Positions 19,895-30,902 of a stretch of DNA of 64,000 bases are shown here, piece by piece. The notes below the pieces were generated by a model, which worked only from the letters and a program-made list of their open reading frames with translations, made no database searches and had not been told where the DNA came from. The DNA is from an uncultured Gemmatimonadales bacterium (GTDB lineage: Bacteria; Gemmatimonadota; Gemmatimonadetes; Gemmatimonadales; Gemmatimonadaceae): contig CAVPQB010000003.1 of assembly GCA_963707505.1 (NCBI GenBank), positions 224,001-288,000 on the forward strand, given 5' to 3'. The translations under genes and the position numbers were made by a program. The stretch's first letter is position 1. Each line of letters begins with the position of its first letter.

Positions 19895-21483
19895 TCCCTC
19901 GGTCCGGCGCGCTGCATCTCTCCTGCTCTGTGCAGCGCGTCGGCCTGTGAACGCGAAGCACCAAGCAGTTGCTCCGCTGCGATCAACACCCGATCGTCCT
20001 GTGCTTTTCTCCGGAACTCGGCGTCCGCGCCGAAGACGTACCGCGCAACTTCATACGCGAACAGGCGCGAGACCAACGGTGCGGCGGCGTCGTACGTGCT
20101 GCGAGGGACATCCACCGAGCGCGCCTGCATGCGCTTGTAGATCTCATCGAGCATGGCTGGCGTAACCGCGAAGTCCGGCGACTTGATCGCGTTCGTTGCC
20201 TTGATCTCCAGCGCGTAGCCCGTCAGCGCGTCGTGAAATCGCGACACGTCCGTTCCCAGCGCATGCATGAGTGCGAGATTCTCCGGCGGTGCTGTGGTGT
20301 CACCAATCGCGACGTCCGGCGTAATTCCTCCACCACCGAGAACAGTCCGGCCACCATCCGTGTGATACTTCGGACGCGCAGGCTCCGAGTCTCCGTTATC
20401 TGCGTCGGGCTGTGGCGGAGGACGCGAGATGAATCGACCGAGCGGAGTGCGCCACCGAGCCGTTGTCAGTCGTACCGCGCCACCGGCCTGTACCGGGAAT
20501 ATGTGCTGCACACTTCCCTTGCCGTATGTCGTCATCCCAAGCACGACCGCGCGGTCATGATCCTGCAACGCACCTGCGACGACTTCGGCCGCACTCGCCG
20601 TTTTGTCGTCCACCAGTATTGCAATTGTCAGTTTTGGCCACCGCTGCGCTGCGCTATCCGTGAACACCACGTTGTCGGCGGAGTCACGTCCGGATGTGCT
20701 GGCGACGCGCTCGCCACGATCCAGAAAGAGATCCGCCACCGCGACTCCCTGGTCAAGCAACCCGCCAGGATTCGCGCGCAGGTCCAGCGCCAGCGATGTC
20801 GCGCCAGCACGGACCAGCGAATCGACCGTTGCCTTGAGCTCACGCGCCGTCGAATCACTGAAGACGCTCAACGCGACATAGCCAACATTGGATGACAGCA
20901 ACGCTGCGCGCCTGATCGCACTGTGATGAATCGACGCACGCGTAAGCTTGAGCGTGACCGGACTCGCCGAGCCCGCATGCTGAATCGCGATCTCGACAAC
21001 CGAGCCTGGCACGCCCCGCAACAGCTTCTGTACTTCCTCTGCTGTCCATCCGCTGACAGCCTTGCCGTCGATCTGCACGATGCGGTCGCCCGTGAGAACG
21101 CCAGCCTTCTCACCCGGGCCGCCCGGCAGCGGGTTCACGACAACGAGCGACCCGTCACGCACGTCCACCTGCAGTCCGATGCCGGCGTAGCTTCCCGACG
21201 TTCTCTCCGACAGGTTGTTCAGGCGCTCGGGCGTGAGGTACGCGTCGTACGGATCGTCCAGCTCCGACAGCATTCCGTCCAGCGCGAGTTGATACATGCG
21301 CGCGTCGCTGACCGTATCGACGTAGTTGTCGCGTACGATCGCACTCACCTGAGAGAACAGCCTTGTGCCGTTCACCCTGGTGGTGGTAGTGCCACGCTGA
21401 AACATCCACGCACCCGCGACGAGGGCGATCGCGAGAATCGCGGCGAGCACGATCGTCTTGGGGCGCGTCCTTCCGTTACTCAC
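19891..21483 (-). CDS. S41 carboxyl-terminal processing protease with PDZ domain
   Basis: LDDPY, GIGL, LDLRANPGGLL, TASAAEVVAGALQD, TYGKGSVQ. GTG start overlaps the tmk stop. Confidence 0.92.
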   Translation of the reverse strand: MSNGRTRPKTIVLAAILAIALVAGAWMFQRGTTTTRVNGTRLFSQVSAIVRDNYVDTVSDARMYQLALDGMLSELDDPYDAYLTPERLNNLSERTSGSYAGIGLQVDVRDGSLVVVNPLPGGPGEKAGVLTGDRIVQIDGKAVSGWTAEEVQKLLRGVPGSVVEIAIQHAGSASPVTLKLTRASIHHSAIRRAALLSSNVGYVALSVFSDSTARELKATVDSLVRAGATSLALDLRANPGGLLDQGVAVADLFLDRGERVASTSGRDSADNVVFTDSAAQRWPKLTIAILVDDKTASAAEVVAGALQDHDRAVVLGMTTYGKGSVQHIFPVQAGGAVRLTTARWRTPLGRFISRPPPQPDADNGDSEPARPKYHTDGGRTVLGGGGITPDVAIGDTTAPPENLALMHALGTDVSRFHDALTGYALEIKATNAIKSPDFAVTPAMLDEIYKRMQARSVDVPRSTYDAAAPLVSRLFAYEVARYVFGADAEFRRKAQDDRVLIAAEQLLGASRSQADALHRAGEMQRAGPRE

Positions 21484-22187
21484 TTCGCTACCTCCTGCTC
21501 CAGCGCGGTCGTCAGCTCGGCGCCAAGTCGCGGCGCGTAGCCACCGATTGCAGCGACGATGCGACGAAACACATCGTCCGGTGGTCCACCCGCGTCGACG
21601 CTCACGATCGGGCCGCACTCTGGATGTCGCCGCTGCCATTCAGGTGTCGCGAAGTCGTCAAACGCGGCGGCGACGCGAGCATGAAATTCATCGCCAAGCT
21701 GCTCCATGTAGTCGTGCCCGGAGCGCTTACCCGCGCGTGCGAGGCCGTCATTGTCAGGAAGATGAAGCACGAGCGTAACCGCGGGGACGAGGTCTCCGAC
21801 CGCCAACTGATTTGCCGCGCGCACCTCGTTCCCTGGAAGACCGCGTCCGTGAATCTGATACGCATAAGTCGAGAGAAAGAAACGATCCAGCACAACGACA
21901 TCTCCAGCCGCGAGCGCGGGCCTGACCTGCTCGGTTACCAGCTGAGCGCGGGACGCCATGAAGAGGAGCGCTTCTGCACGCGCTGTTCTCGTCTGCGTCG
22001 GTGCCAGCAGGATATTTCGAACTGCTTCACCGAGTGAAGTGCCGCCCGGCTCGCGAAGATGCACGCAGCCGATCCCGCGGTGCGTGAGCTCAGCGACAAG
22101 GCGGCCAGCCTGTGTCGTTTTGCCGACACCCTCTGCCCCCTCGAACACTATGAGCTCTCCGCGCTTCACTTTACCCGTCTCAGCCAA
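21480..22187 (-). CDS. tmk: Thymidylate kinase
   Basis: FEGAEGVGKTTQ, REPGGT, LDRFFLSTYAYQ. Confidence 0.95.
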   Translation of the reverse strand: MAETGKVKRGELIVFEGAEGVGKTTQAGRLVAELTHRGIGCVHLREPGGTSLGEAVRNILLAPTQTRTARAEALLFMASRAQLVTEQVRPALAAGDVVVLDRFFLSTYAYQIHGRGLPGNEVRAANQLAVGDLVPAVTLVLHLPDNDGLARAGKRSGHDYMEQLGDEFHARVAAAFDDFATPEWQRRHPECGPIVSVDAGGPPDDVFRRIVAAIGGYAPRLGAELTTALEQEVAK

Positions 22188-22536
22188 GTGTGATTATGGA
22201 GCTCTGCGCGCCTTTCTGTATCCCTTCGGTGATCCAGTCATTCACGTGGCGCATGACCTTGTCGAGATTCTCCTGCGCAACAGCGACACGTTGATAGGAC
22301 GGGGTGCTCTGCACCTTGGTGAGAAGCGCATCCAGCTGCTTCTCCATCTCCTCCGTCGGCTCCTCGCCCCGCTGCAGCATGGCCTGCGCCTCGCGCCTGA
22401 GCCTTTCCATCTGCCGTATCACGGTAGTGGCGTCAGTGTCCGCCGTCAGGGCTTCGTTCGCGCGCGTGACTGCGCGGTATTCGTCGCTCTGGCCGATCAT
22501 TCTGCCCAACTCACGCGCCTTGTCTTCCAGTGCCAC
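22180..22536 (-). CDS. YlbF/YmcA (Com_YlbF)-family helical protein
   Basis: N-terminal DKARELGRMIGQSDEY pattern; all-helical, 118 aa. Confidence 0.7.
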   Translation of the reverse strand: MALEDKARELGRMIGQSDEYRAVTRANEALTADTDATTVIRQMERLRREAQAMLQRGEEPTEEMEKQLDALLTKVQSTPSYQRVAVAQENLDKVMRHVNDWITEGIQKGAQSSIITLG

Positions 22537-22545
22537 ACATACCTC

Positions 22546-23424
22546 CTAGGAGCGCCGCGCGATGACGAACCGCTCGCGCCCCGCCAGGTCCAGCCGTACG
22601 GAGATCTCACGGTATCGCGGATCGACCGCCAGCGATTCGGCGGCGAGCGACGCCCGCCGCGCATCAACTTCGAGTGCAAGGATTCCGCCTTCGTGCAACA
22701 GATCGGCGGCGCCGCGGATTATCGCCACGGTGGCCGCCATTCCATCTGCGCCGCTCAACAGCGCGAGCGCCGGCTCCCAATCTCGCACACCAGCCGGCAG
22801 CTCGGCGGCCTCATGATATGCAATGTAAGGGGGATTCGATACGATTACCGCAGCGCGCAGATCTCTTATGGGGGCCAGCAACGCTCCGTGCCGAAATTCC
22901 ACCGGCGCCCGGAGCGCTCCGGCCAGTCTGGACGCGTTCTGCCTGGCGACCGCCAGGGCATCCAGCGACACATCCGTCGCCACCACCCGGTCGAAGATCC
23001 CCTCGCTCGCCAGCGAAAGAGCGATCGCTCCCGAGCCGGTCCCAATGTCCACAGCCGTACCGCCCCTGTCGCCCGAAAGCTGCAGCACCTGCTCCACCAG
23101 CCCCTCCGTCTCGGGACGCGGAATCAGCACGCGTTCGTCCACGTCCAGCGTAAGATGCCTGAACGATGCGCGGCGCACTGCATACGCAAATGGAGCACCG
23201 GATCGCAGTCGCGCGATCGCGAGTCGCGCGGCGTGGCAAACCGAATCTTCCACCGCCTCGCTGCCGTTGGCACCGGGCCAGAATCGGGGCACATCCAGCA
23301 ATGCGGCGATAACCTCCTGCGCAAGTCGCGGCGATGTGTCGCCGAGCAGCAGTTGCAGCTCGACCGCGAGTGCGCCAACACTGCGCACATCGGTCCGCGC
23401 GGTACCGCCGCTCATGTCACTCAC
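22546..23424 (-). CDS. prmC: Release factor glutamine methyltransferase
   Basis: [24 protein letters not shown]; downstream of prfA. Confidence 0.95.
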   Translation of the reverse strand: MSDMSGGTARTDVRSVGALAVELQLLLGDTSPRLAQEVIAALLDVPRFWPGANGSEAVEDSVCHAARLAIARLRSGAPFAYAVRRASFRHLTLDVDERVLIPRPETEGLVEQVLQLSGDRGGTAVDIGTGSGAIALSLASEGIFDRVVATDVSLDALAVARQNASRLAGALRAPVEFRHGALLAPIRDLRAAVIVSNPPYIAYHEAAELPAGVRDWEPALALLSGADGMAATVAIIRGAADLLHEGGILALEVDARRASLAAESLAVDPRYREISVRLDLAGRERFVIARRS

Positions 23425-24484
23425 CGCTCAGACGCTCCTCGACGTCGGCCATGCGGAGTGCGTCGATGAACGGCTCGATTCCGCCGTTCATGATGCTCGC
23501 AAGATCGTGCGACGTGAGTCCAATGCGATGATCCGTAACGCGACTCTGCGGAAAGTTGTACGTACGAATCTTTGCCGATCGGTCGCCGGTCCCGACCTGA
23601 GTCTTGCGCATGCGTGCACGCTCCGCTTCACGCTCGGCGAGTCGCGCGTCCAGCAGTCGCGCTCGCAGCACTTCCATTCCCTTGATCTTGTTCTGCAACT
23701 GCGATTTCTGATCCTGTTGCGATACGACCAGGCCAGATGGGATGTGCGTGATGCGCACCGCCGAGTCGGTGGTATTCACCGATTGCCCGCCCGGTCCGGA
23801 TGAACGGAAAACGTCGATGCGGAGGTCCTTGTCCTCGATGCGCACATCGACTTCTTCAGCTTCCGGCAACACTGCGACAGTCGCAGCAGAAGTGTGAGTT
23901 CTTCCCTGGCTCTCAGTCACGGGAACGCGCTGCACACGGTGCACGCCAGACTCCCAGCGCATCGCGCCGAACGCTCCCGTTCCGATGATCTTGAAGATGA
24001 CTTCCTTGACACCGCCGAGTGTGGCTTCGGAAAGCGAGATGATCTCGACGCGCCAGCGGCGCGCCTCACAGTAGCGTGTGTACATGCGCCATAGTTCCGC
24101 GGCGAACAGCGCAGCCTCGTCACCGCCAGTACCAGCACGGATTTCAACGATCGCGGGCCGGTCGTCGAGCGGATCTGGTGGCACGAGTGCCGGCTTGAGC
24201 TCGATTTCGATCTGCGCGATCTCGTCCGTGAGCCGCTCCTCTTCCGCGTGCGCTTCCGACGCCATCTCGGGGTCGTCCGAGTCCGCGAGCTCGAGTGCCT
24301 CTGCACGCTCGCGCTCCGCGCGCTCCAGGCGCTGCGCGAGCGACACGACAGTCTGAAGCTGGCGATGCTCGCGTCCCAGATCCGCGAGGAGTCTGGAGTC
24401 GCGCGCGGTCGCCGGATCGCTCAACTGGGCTTCGACTTCGGCTGCCCTGGCGACGGCGGTGACGAGGCGGTCTCGAAGGCTCAT
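23417..24484 (-). CDS. prfA: Peptide chain release factor 1
   Basis: [14 protein letters not shown] anticodon-mimic motif, [11 protein letters not shown]. Confidence 0.97.
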   Translation of the reverse strand: MSLRDRLVTAVARAAEVEAQLSDPATARDSRLLADLGREHRQLQTVVSLAQRLERAERERAEALELADSDDPEMASEAHAEEERLTDEIAQIEIELKPALVPPDPLDDRPAIVEIRAGTGGDEAALFAAELWRMYTRYCEARRWRVEIISLSEATLGGVKEVIFKIIGTGAFGAMRWESGVHRVQRVPVTESQGRTHTSAATVAVLPEAEEVDVRIEDKDLRIDVFRSSGPGGQSVNTTDSAVRITHIPSGLVVSQQDQKSQLQNKIKGMEVLRARLLDARLAEREAERARMRKTQVGTGDRSAKIRTYNFPQSRVTDHRIGLTSHDLASIMNGGIEPFIDALRMADVEERLSGE

Positions 24485-24574
24485 GGTCGGCGGACGGTCA
24501 TTGTGGTGCGCTTAAAAAGATCACTCATCAAGCTAGCGGAAGAAGGTGCGCCGCTGGACGCCGGCGCAGTTGTC

Positions 24575-24610
24575 GGAAACACGAAAGCCCACGACATTCG
24601 TGGGCCTTCG
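24575..24610 (-). terminator. Terminator-like hairpin after rpmE
   Basis: CGAAAGCCCACGA/TCGTGGGCCTTCG stem, followed on the minus strand by TGTTT. Confidence 0.55.
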
Positions 24611-24630
24611 GTAAATCGGAATACGAGCCG

Positions 24631-24846
24631 CTAAGCGGTCGCCTTCTCCTTTCGTCCGTACTTCTGACGGAAACGCTCTACGCGGCCGGCGGTATCGACC
24701 ATCTTGGCCTTGCCCGTATAGAACGGATGGCAAACGGCGCAGATGTCGGTGCTGATGTTGGCGACCGTGGAGCGTGTCTCGAACGTATTGCCGCACGCAC
24801 AGTGAACCTTCGCCGTGGCGTACAGTGGATGGATGTCTGGTTTCAT
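24631..24846 (-). CDS. rpmE: 50S ribosomal protein L31 (Zn-binding form)
   Basis: [27 protein letters not shown]. Confidence 0.96.
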   Translation of the reverse strand: MKPDIHPLYATAKVHCACGNTFETRSTVANISTDICAVCHPFYTGKAKMVDTAGRVERFRQKYGRKEKATA

Positions 24847-24984
24847 TGGATTGACCTCGGGTGTGGCTAGCCTCTAAAGATAATCCGGCCGGGGATCGGA
24901 TGGAAGCCACCCGCGGTAGCCACGGGTGTATCCCCGTACGGGCCCGGGGATTGCCCTATAACTCGGTCCAACCCAGAGGATCAG

Positions 24985-25404
24985 ATGTTTTCCCGAGCTT
25001 CGCTCAGAGCCGCAGCCCTCGCCGTCGTCGGCGTGGCGGGATGCGCGTCGCTTCCCGGCCGGACCGAGGGCCCCACCGTTCCAATCACCGTCGAGGTCCG
25101 GAACAATCTGGCCCTCCCCACCGACCTCACGGTCTACGCCGTCACCCGATCCGGCGCGCGTACGCTACTCGGAAGTGTCCCTCCCGCTTCCACAAAAAGC
25201 TTCACATTCAAGCCAGTGTCGTTCTCCGAGCCATATCGCCTGCTCGCAACACGAGCGCTCCGCCGCGCGATTGCGTCCCAGGTATTTACCGTCGGATCGG
25301 ACATGACTGGGAGAATCGTCTGGACAATGTCGCCCAACATCGTGGGTTTTGAGCAAGTCGACACCGATTCTACGGCAGCGTCCGACACCGGCAAAACGCC
25401 CTGA
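24985..25404 (+). CDS. Hypothetical lipoprotein
   Basis: GAGGA RBS, hydrophobic leader ending in lipobox VAGC, beta-rich mature part. Confidence 0.65.
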   Translation: MFSRASLRAAALAVVGVAGCASLPGRTEGPTVPITVEVRNNLALPTDLTVYAVTRSGARTLLGSVPPASTKSFTFKPVSFSEPYRLLATRALRRAIASQVFTVGSDMTGRIVWTMSPNIVGFEQVDTDSTAASDTGKTP

Positions 25405-25427
25405 GCTTCACGCTTTAGCTACAGGTT

Positions 25428-26998
25428 TTAGCTACCAGCCGCCTTTCGACGGAGCCGCGAGCTGCGCCACGCAGCGAACACGAAGCCAACCGTAATGACG
25501 AGACAGAGCGCGCCGACCCAGTCGCCGATGAGCGTGTAGAGCGTGCGTTGCGACGTCACTTCGACGTCGTACGTCGCCGTACGCGGCACGAAGATCGGCG
25601 TCTCGGCGCGCACGCGTCCCGAGCGGATCGATCCAGCCCGAAATACCGGTGTTGGCTGCTCGCACGATCGGAATACGATTCTCGATCGCACGGAGCGACA
25701 GATGCGCGAAGTGCTGGTACGGCGCGTTGCTTCGCTGGAACCACGCATCGTTCGTGATGTTCAACAGAACCGAAGTTCCCTGCTTCGCGTAGTCGCGCGC
25801 CAGTTGCGGAAAAATCGATTCGTAGCAGATGAGTACGCCGGCCGTGCCGAACGCAAGATGAAACGGTTCTTCACTGGTTCCACGCCCAAAGCCGCCAAAA
25901 TAGTTGACGCCCTGAAACCAATCGGGATTGAGGAACGGTACGCGCTCCACTATCGGAACGAGGAAATGCTTGCGATACGGCGGCTGCGGACTGACGTTAC
26001 CGCGCGGATCGGTGAGCAGCGCGGCGTTGTAGTACGCGAACGGAAGAACTCGCGGATCGCTCGAGTCCATGAAGCCGACAACCATCGGCGTTGGATGTTC
26101 AGCGACCGCGGCACGTAGCGAGTCGAACCACGCGGGATACTGCCAGAGGAAACGGTCCAGCGCAGCCTCCGGCCACACGACGAGATCGGGCGACGAGCGC
26201 GCAACTTCTGTGCGGGTCATGGCCACGAGCTTTCGCAACGTGCGCCGATGGATTTTCAGTCGTGAGCTTTACTTCCTCGGGAATGTTGGGCTGTATGATC
26301 GCGATGCGCGCGAGCGGCCTGAGCTCTATGGTCGCCATGCGCCATTCACCGTACGCGCCCACGACAGCGAGCACGGCGACTGCGCCCACGATTCGCGCCG
26401 TCGCGCCGCGCCGGTTCGACCTGTACAACCACGCGTCGGCGACGAAGCCGTTCACGGCTGCGATACAGAACGATACGCCGCGCACCCCGCTCAGGTCCGC
26501 GACCTGAGCCAGCAGTGGCACGTGCGCGAACGCGAGTCCCAGCGGCAGCCACGGGAACGAAAGGTCACTCAGATAGTTGAGCGCCAACTCCGAAGCGGTC
26601 CAGACGATGGGCAACAGAATCGCGAGCGGCCATCCAGTCAGCTTGCGAGCGAAGTAAAGCGCTGCCATCGTCGCGCCCACCATCGGTGCAAGCCAGATGA
26701 GCGCGCCGATGTAGCCAAGGAGAGCGAGCTTGGTGTATAGCAACAGCGCGACCGCGATCCAGTACAGATTCGCGCCGTAGCCGATGAAGCCGAACCAGAA
26801 TCCCGCGCGTGCCGCCTGCCACGCATGCCCTTCCCGGTCCGCCGAGTGCGTCACCATTACCGAGATCGGTACCAGGCACAGGAGCACTGGTACGACGAGA
26901 TTGAACGGGGGAAACGATATCGCGAAGAGGGCCGCCGACGCGAGCGCCGCAAGCGCTTCAGTGCGACTCGGCACAATCCCGCCGGCGCGGATTTTCAT
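25428..26998 (-). CDS. lnt: Apolipoprotein N-acyltransferase (frameshifts near 26240 and 25620)
   Basis: TM domain with FPWLPLG and IIQPNI; nitrilase triad motifs VVWPE, YRKHFLVP, ICYESIF; NITNDAWF and RAANTGIS. Spread over three ORFs. Confidence 0.92.
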
Positions 26999-27044
26999 CG
27001 CGCCGCGATACTGGCTGTCACGCTCTTCACTTCGTTCGTACGCT

Positions 27045-28055
27045 TCACGAACGAATTTCGCGTCCTTCTTCGGCGGACTTGTATACCGCCTCTACCAGCT
27101 TCTGTACCACCAGCTGATCTGATGGCGGCTTGTAAGGGGTCTCGTCGCGTACGAGTGCGATGAAATGCGCAATCTCCGCGCGGTAGCTCTGGATGAACGC
27201 ACTCTCGCGCGCTGCGGCGCCGGTCGGCGAAACGTCGGTAGGTCTTCCGTTCAACAATTTCACGACGCGCAGAGGCGCAAGTCGCGCGCTTCCACGGGAC
27301 GCTCTGGTCTCGAACCACCAGCGATCTTCCTCGCCGACATAGTTCCACGCAACGTCCGCGGTAAACAACACACCGCCAGCCAGCTCGATCTGCATCGCCA
27401 TGCTGTCCTCCACCGCCGATGCGCCACGCCCACGGTCGAACTGCGCGCTCACCCGCACGGCCTCGGCGAAGTCAGTCAGCCAGAGCGCGAGATCGAGCAG
27501 CGGATAACCGAGATCGAGGAATGCGCCCCCGCCCGCCTCGGGACGCCGATAGCGCCAACCGCCCTGCTGTCCGCGAAACTGATAGTGGCCGCCGCGAATT
27601 CCAGTGATCGCGCCAAGCTCGCCGCCGCGCATGAAGCGCTGCAACTGCTGCACGTCGGTCCTGAACCGGTGGTTGTTGCCCACCACAATCTTGCGTCCGG
27701 CTTTCTCTGCCGTCGCGACTATTCTCTCGACGCCACGGGACGTGAGCGACAGCGGCCGCTCGCACAGGACATCGACGCCAGCTTTTATCGCAGCAAGCAC
27801 ATGCGGCTCGTGCAGATGGTTCGGCGTCGCGATGACCACTGCATCGACCTGATCGAAGTCGAACAGATCATCGATGTCGGTGAACACGTCGCGCACACCG
27901 AACCGATCGGCGAGAGAGCGCGCTTTGGGGCCGTCGTTGTCGCACAATGCGACGAGTGTCGCGCCTCTTGCCTTGGAAAGCAGCGGGAGATGCGCGATCT
28001 GCGAGATCGCTCCCGCCCCTACTACGGCGACTCTGATCGGCGGCGTGGATGCCAT
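27045..28055 (-). CDS. Gfo/Idh/MocA family oxidoreductase
   Basis: VVGAGAI, IATPNHLH, VLCERP, GGGAFLDLG. Confidence 0.88.
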   Translation of the reverse strand: MASTPPIRVAVVGAGAISQIAHLPLLSKARGATLVALCDNDGPKARSLADRFGVRDVFTDIDDLFDFDQVDAVVIATPNHLHEPHVLAAIKAGVDVLCERPLSLTSRGVERIVATAEKAGRKIVVGNNHRFRTDVQQLQRFMRGGELGAITGIRGGHYQFRGQQGGWRYRRPEAGGGAFLDLGYPLLDLALWLTDFAEAVRVSAQFDRGRGASAVEDSMAMQIELAGGVLFTADVAWNYVGEEDRWWFETRASRGSARLAPLRVVKLLNGRPTDVSPTGAAARESAFIQSYRAEIAHFIALVRDETPYKPPSDQLVVQKLVEAVYKSAEEGREIRS

Positions 28056-28058
28056 TAC

Positions 28059-29510
28059 CTAAATTACTCGCCCGATCGTGGTTCCCGGATAGTACGTGTG
28101 AAGAATTGTCATCACGTCCTGGCCCGCGCGGGCGCGGGCGATCGCCCCCCACTGGTCCATGCCCACCCCATGACCGTTGCCGCTTCCGTTGATGGTCAGC
28201 TGCGTCAAACGTCCGCGTCTGTCGGTGCTCTCATCAAATGTGAACAGAGTGCTCGGGAGTATGTCGCCCCCGGGGGCACGCAGTATGAAGCGAACGTCGT
28301 TGCCGCGCACCGTGAACCGGCCGCGGTCGGTCTCGAATACGAGACCGGCCACACGTCCCGACCTCGTGCGACCCGTGACGGTAATCTTCTGCAGCGTCCC
28401 GATGCGACCGCGCTGAGCCGATGAATACTGCGGCAGATAGCGGTCCAGCAGTGATGCGAGCTCCGACGCGCTGAGCGTGCGGGTCCATCTGAACCGCGGC
28501 GAGTCCTCGCCATAGTAGTGATCGGTGCCCGGTATCCGGTCGCTCACCGATACGAGATACGGCTCGTCACCGCTTCGCCACACCTCGCTCGCAGCGGCAG
28601 TGACGCCGCCAGAGTTCGAATGATACGGTGCGTTGATCACTCGTCCGTCGTACATCATCACCATGTCGTGCGTCGCGGCAACGGCGGCGTCCGACAACGG
28701 CCGTTCCGCGTCAACACCGCCGTAAACCTGGTCCGCCACCGTCGCCAGCATGTCGTAGGGACGCGAGTCGTCCATACGCGTATATGCAAAGCTGCGCGCG
28801 GCTATCGCCTGCGCTTCCACGGCCGCACTTTCGATCGCGGTACGATCCGTACCGATCTCGAGCGGCACCACACCGCGCAGATAATCCTCCATGGCAACGC
28901 GATTTATCACAGACACGCCGTCGTTCGAGACAGCAATGCCTATCTCGCCGCGGTAGCGATGACCGTCGAATCCGACGAACGCACCGGCATCGATTGCGCG
29001 CGCGATCAGCGGCCCGCGTACCGACGGAACAGGACTACCACTAACCACGAGCATTCCATCCCGTGCTTCGACGGTGAAGCTGTCGCCGGAATGCAATGTC
29101 GCCAGCGCCTTGCCGCTGGGCCCGTCGTAAACACTCCAGTCCCCGGTCGCGTAGATCCGCGCCGAACGCCGTCCAAGCGCCAGCGCGATGCGGACCGTCT
29201 GGTCGTTATCGGAGCGTGAAACCCCGCCGACCGGCCGCGCATTGCCCTGAGCCGCCGACGATCTGTGGCCGATGATCGTCGGAAGCACGGTAACTGGCAC
29301 GTCGGCCACCTGAACAGCCGCCGTATCGCCGCGACGCGACGAATCGGCCGGAAGATTCAGCGGGGGAAGATTGCTGCGGGGCTCCGTGCGCGCTGATGCA
29401 ACCGGTTCCGGTGCCACTACAGGGCGCCTGGTTCCGCTGGCGCATGCACCGAGGAATACCATCGCGAATACGAGCGTTGATTTCACGCTCATAAGACGCG
29501 CAACGCTCAC
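28059..29510 (-). CDS. SpoIID/LytB-domain lytic transglycosylase, probable lipoprotein
   Basis: FLGAC lipobox; EDYLRGVVPLE, AQAIAARSF, DQVYGG, GNGHGVGMDQWGA, ILHTYYPG. Confidence 0.9.
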   Translation of the reverse strand: MSVARLMSVKSTLVFAMVFLGACASGTRRPVVAPEPVASARTEPRSNLPPLNLPADSSRRGDTAAVQVADVPVTVLPTIIGHRSSAAQGNARPVGGVSRSDNDQTVRIALALGRRSARIYATGDWSVYDGPSGKALATLHSGDSFTVEARDGMLVVSGSPVPSVRGPLIARAIDAGAFVGFDGHRYRGEIGIAVSNDGVSVINRVAMEDYLRGVVPLEIGTDRTAIESAAVEAQAIAARSFAYTRMDDSRPYDMLATVADQVYGGVDAERPLSDAAVAATHDMVMMYDGRVINAPYHSNSGGVTAAASEVWRSGDEPYLVSVSDRIPGTDHYYGEDSPRFRWTRTLSASELASLLDRYLPQYSSAQRGRIGTLQKITVTGRTRSGRVAGLVFETDRGRFTVRGNDVRFILRAPGGDILPSTLFTFDESTDRRGRLTQLTINGSGNGHGVGMDQWGAIARARAGQDVMTILHTYYPGTTIGRVI

Positions 29511-30902
29511 CGTCCGAAACTTCCGATGGTCGTGGACACGAGTGGCAGTTGCCGCCGTAGCGAGACACGGATATCTCCCACTGGCGCGCTGATCACACGA
29601 ATCGTTTCCGCGCTGAAGTCGTAGTCGTCCACAACTTCGCGAGGGATGACCTCCAGCAAAGTGCCCGGTGTGTACCTCTCGTCCAGGAAGGTCACGCCAT
29701 CGATGTCATCCGCCTGCCACGGCAATCGGGCCACGGCGAGCCCTGTAACGTCGTCGATTCTGTCCACCAGCGCCTGAACTGGAGTACCGAGCCGGCCCTC
29801 GTAGCGCTCCGCTGTGATCATTCGTTGCAGATCGGAGACGCGCTCGAGCCTGTCGCGCTTGACTGATTCCGGCACGTCGTCTTCCAGCTCCGCTGCGCGC
29901 GTACCTTCCTGCGGAGAGTAGCTGAAAACGCCAACGCGCTCGAACTGTACGTCCTCGAGAAACGCCAACAGCTGCTCGAAGTCGTCTTCGGTTTCGCCGG
30001 GAAAGCCGACGATGCACGTGGTGCGAATCGCGACGCGCGGAACTGCAGTGCGAAAGCGCGCGACGTTTGCACGAATGGTTCGCGCACGTTCCGGTCGTCG
30101 CATGCGTTCCAGCACAGTGTCAGACGCATGCTGGATGGGCATGTCGATGTACGGCATGATGCGCGGCTCGCGCGCCACCAGCTCCAGCAGCTGTGGTGTG
30201 ATTCCGGTCGCGTACAGGTACAGCATTCGGATCCACGGTATCGTCGTCTGATCGACGAGCATCTGCAATACATCCGGCAGTCGCACCGTGCGGTCGCGAA
30301 TGTCGCGCCCATAGTGCGCCAGATCCTGCGCGACGAGATTGATCTCACGTGCGCCCTGCATCTCCAGCAGCTGCGCTTCGGCTACCACTTCTTCCGGCGC
30401 AAATGATCGGTGCTTGCCGCGCATCAATGGGATCGCGCAGAATGCGCATCCGTGGTCGCACCCCTCGCTCACCTTTAGATACCGCACGTGAGGCAGATCG
30501 CCGCTGTACAGCCGCACACCGGGATGCTCCAGCATCGCGATCACCAGTCAGTACACCGCGACTGGCGAGTTCCTCGATCAGCCGGTCGGTCTCCGACGCA
30601 CCGAGGAACAGATCGACTTCCGGCAGAGCTTCCTCCAGCTCACCCTTGTGGCGCTCCACCATGCAGCCGACTGCGACGACGGTGCTGCATACGCCGCTCG
30701 TCTTGTACTCTCCCGCCTCGATCAGCGCGTCGAGCGACTCCTTCTTCGCAGCGTCGATGAAGCCGCACGTATTGACGATTATCACCTCGGCGTCGCCGAG
30801 GTCGTCCGTCATCTCGCCGCCGTACGCCGCAAGCTGCGCGAGATACCGTTCCGAATCGACCGTGTTCTTGTCACATCCGAGTGTGACCAGCCCCACCTTC
30901 AT
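29507..30902 (-). CDS. rimO: Ribosomal protein S12 methylthiotransferase RimO (frameshift near 30545)
   Basis: TLGCDKN, VNTCGFID and GC in ORF 30345..30902; CDHGCAFC, GFPGET and a TRAM-like tail in ORF 29507..30544. Confidence 0.92.

Noticed and set aside
21958..23469. 503-aa plus-strand ORF and other long antisense ORFs (e.g. 27165..28424, 54226..55533, 44361..45557, 62745..63809)
   Set aside because: These are shadow ORFs opposite well-supported genes, expected in high-GC DNA, with no recognisable motifs.
29507..30902. Naturally split rimO
   Set aside because: The break is in the inter-domain linker, but the upstream ORF runs on out of frame for about 65 codons. This matches the single-indel pattern seen elsewhere.
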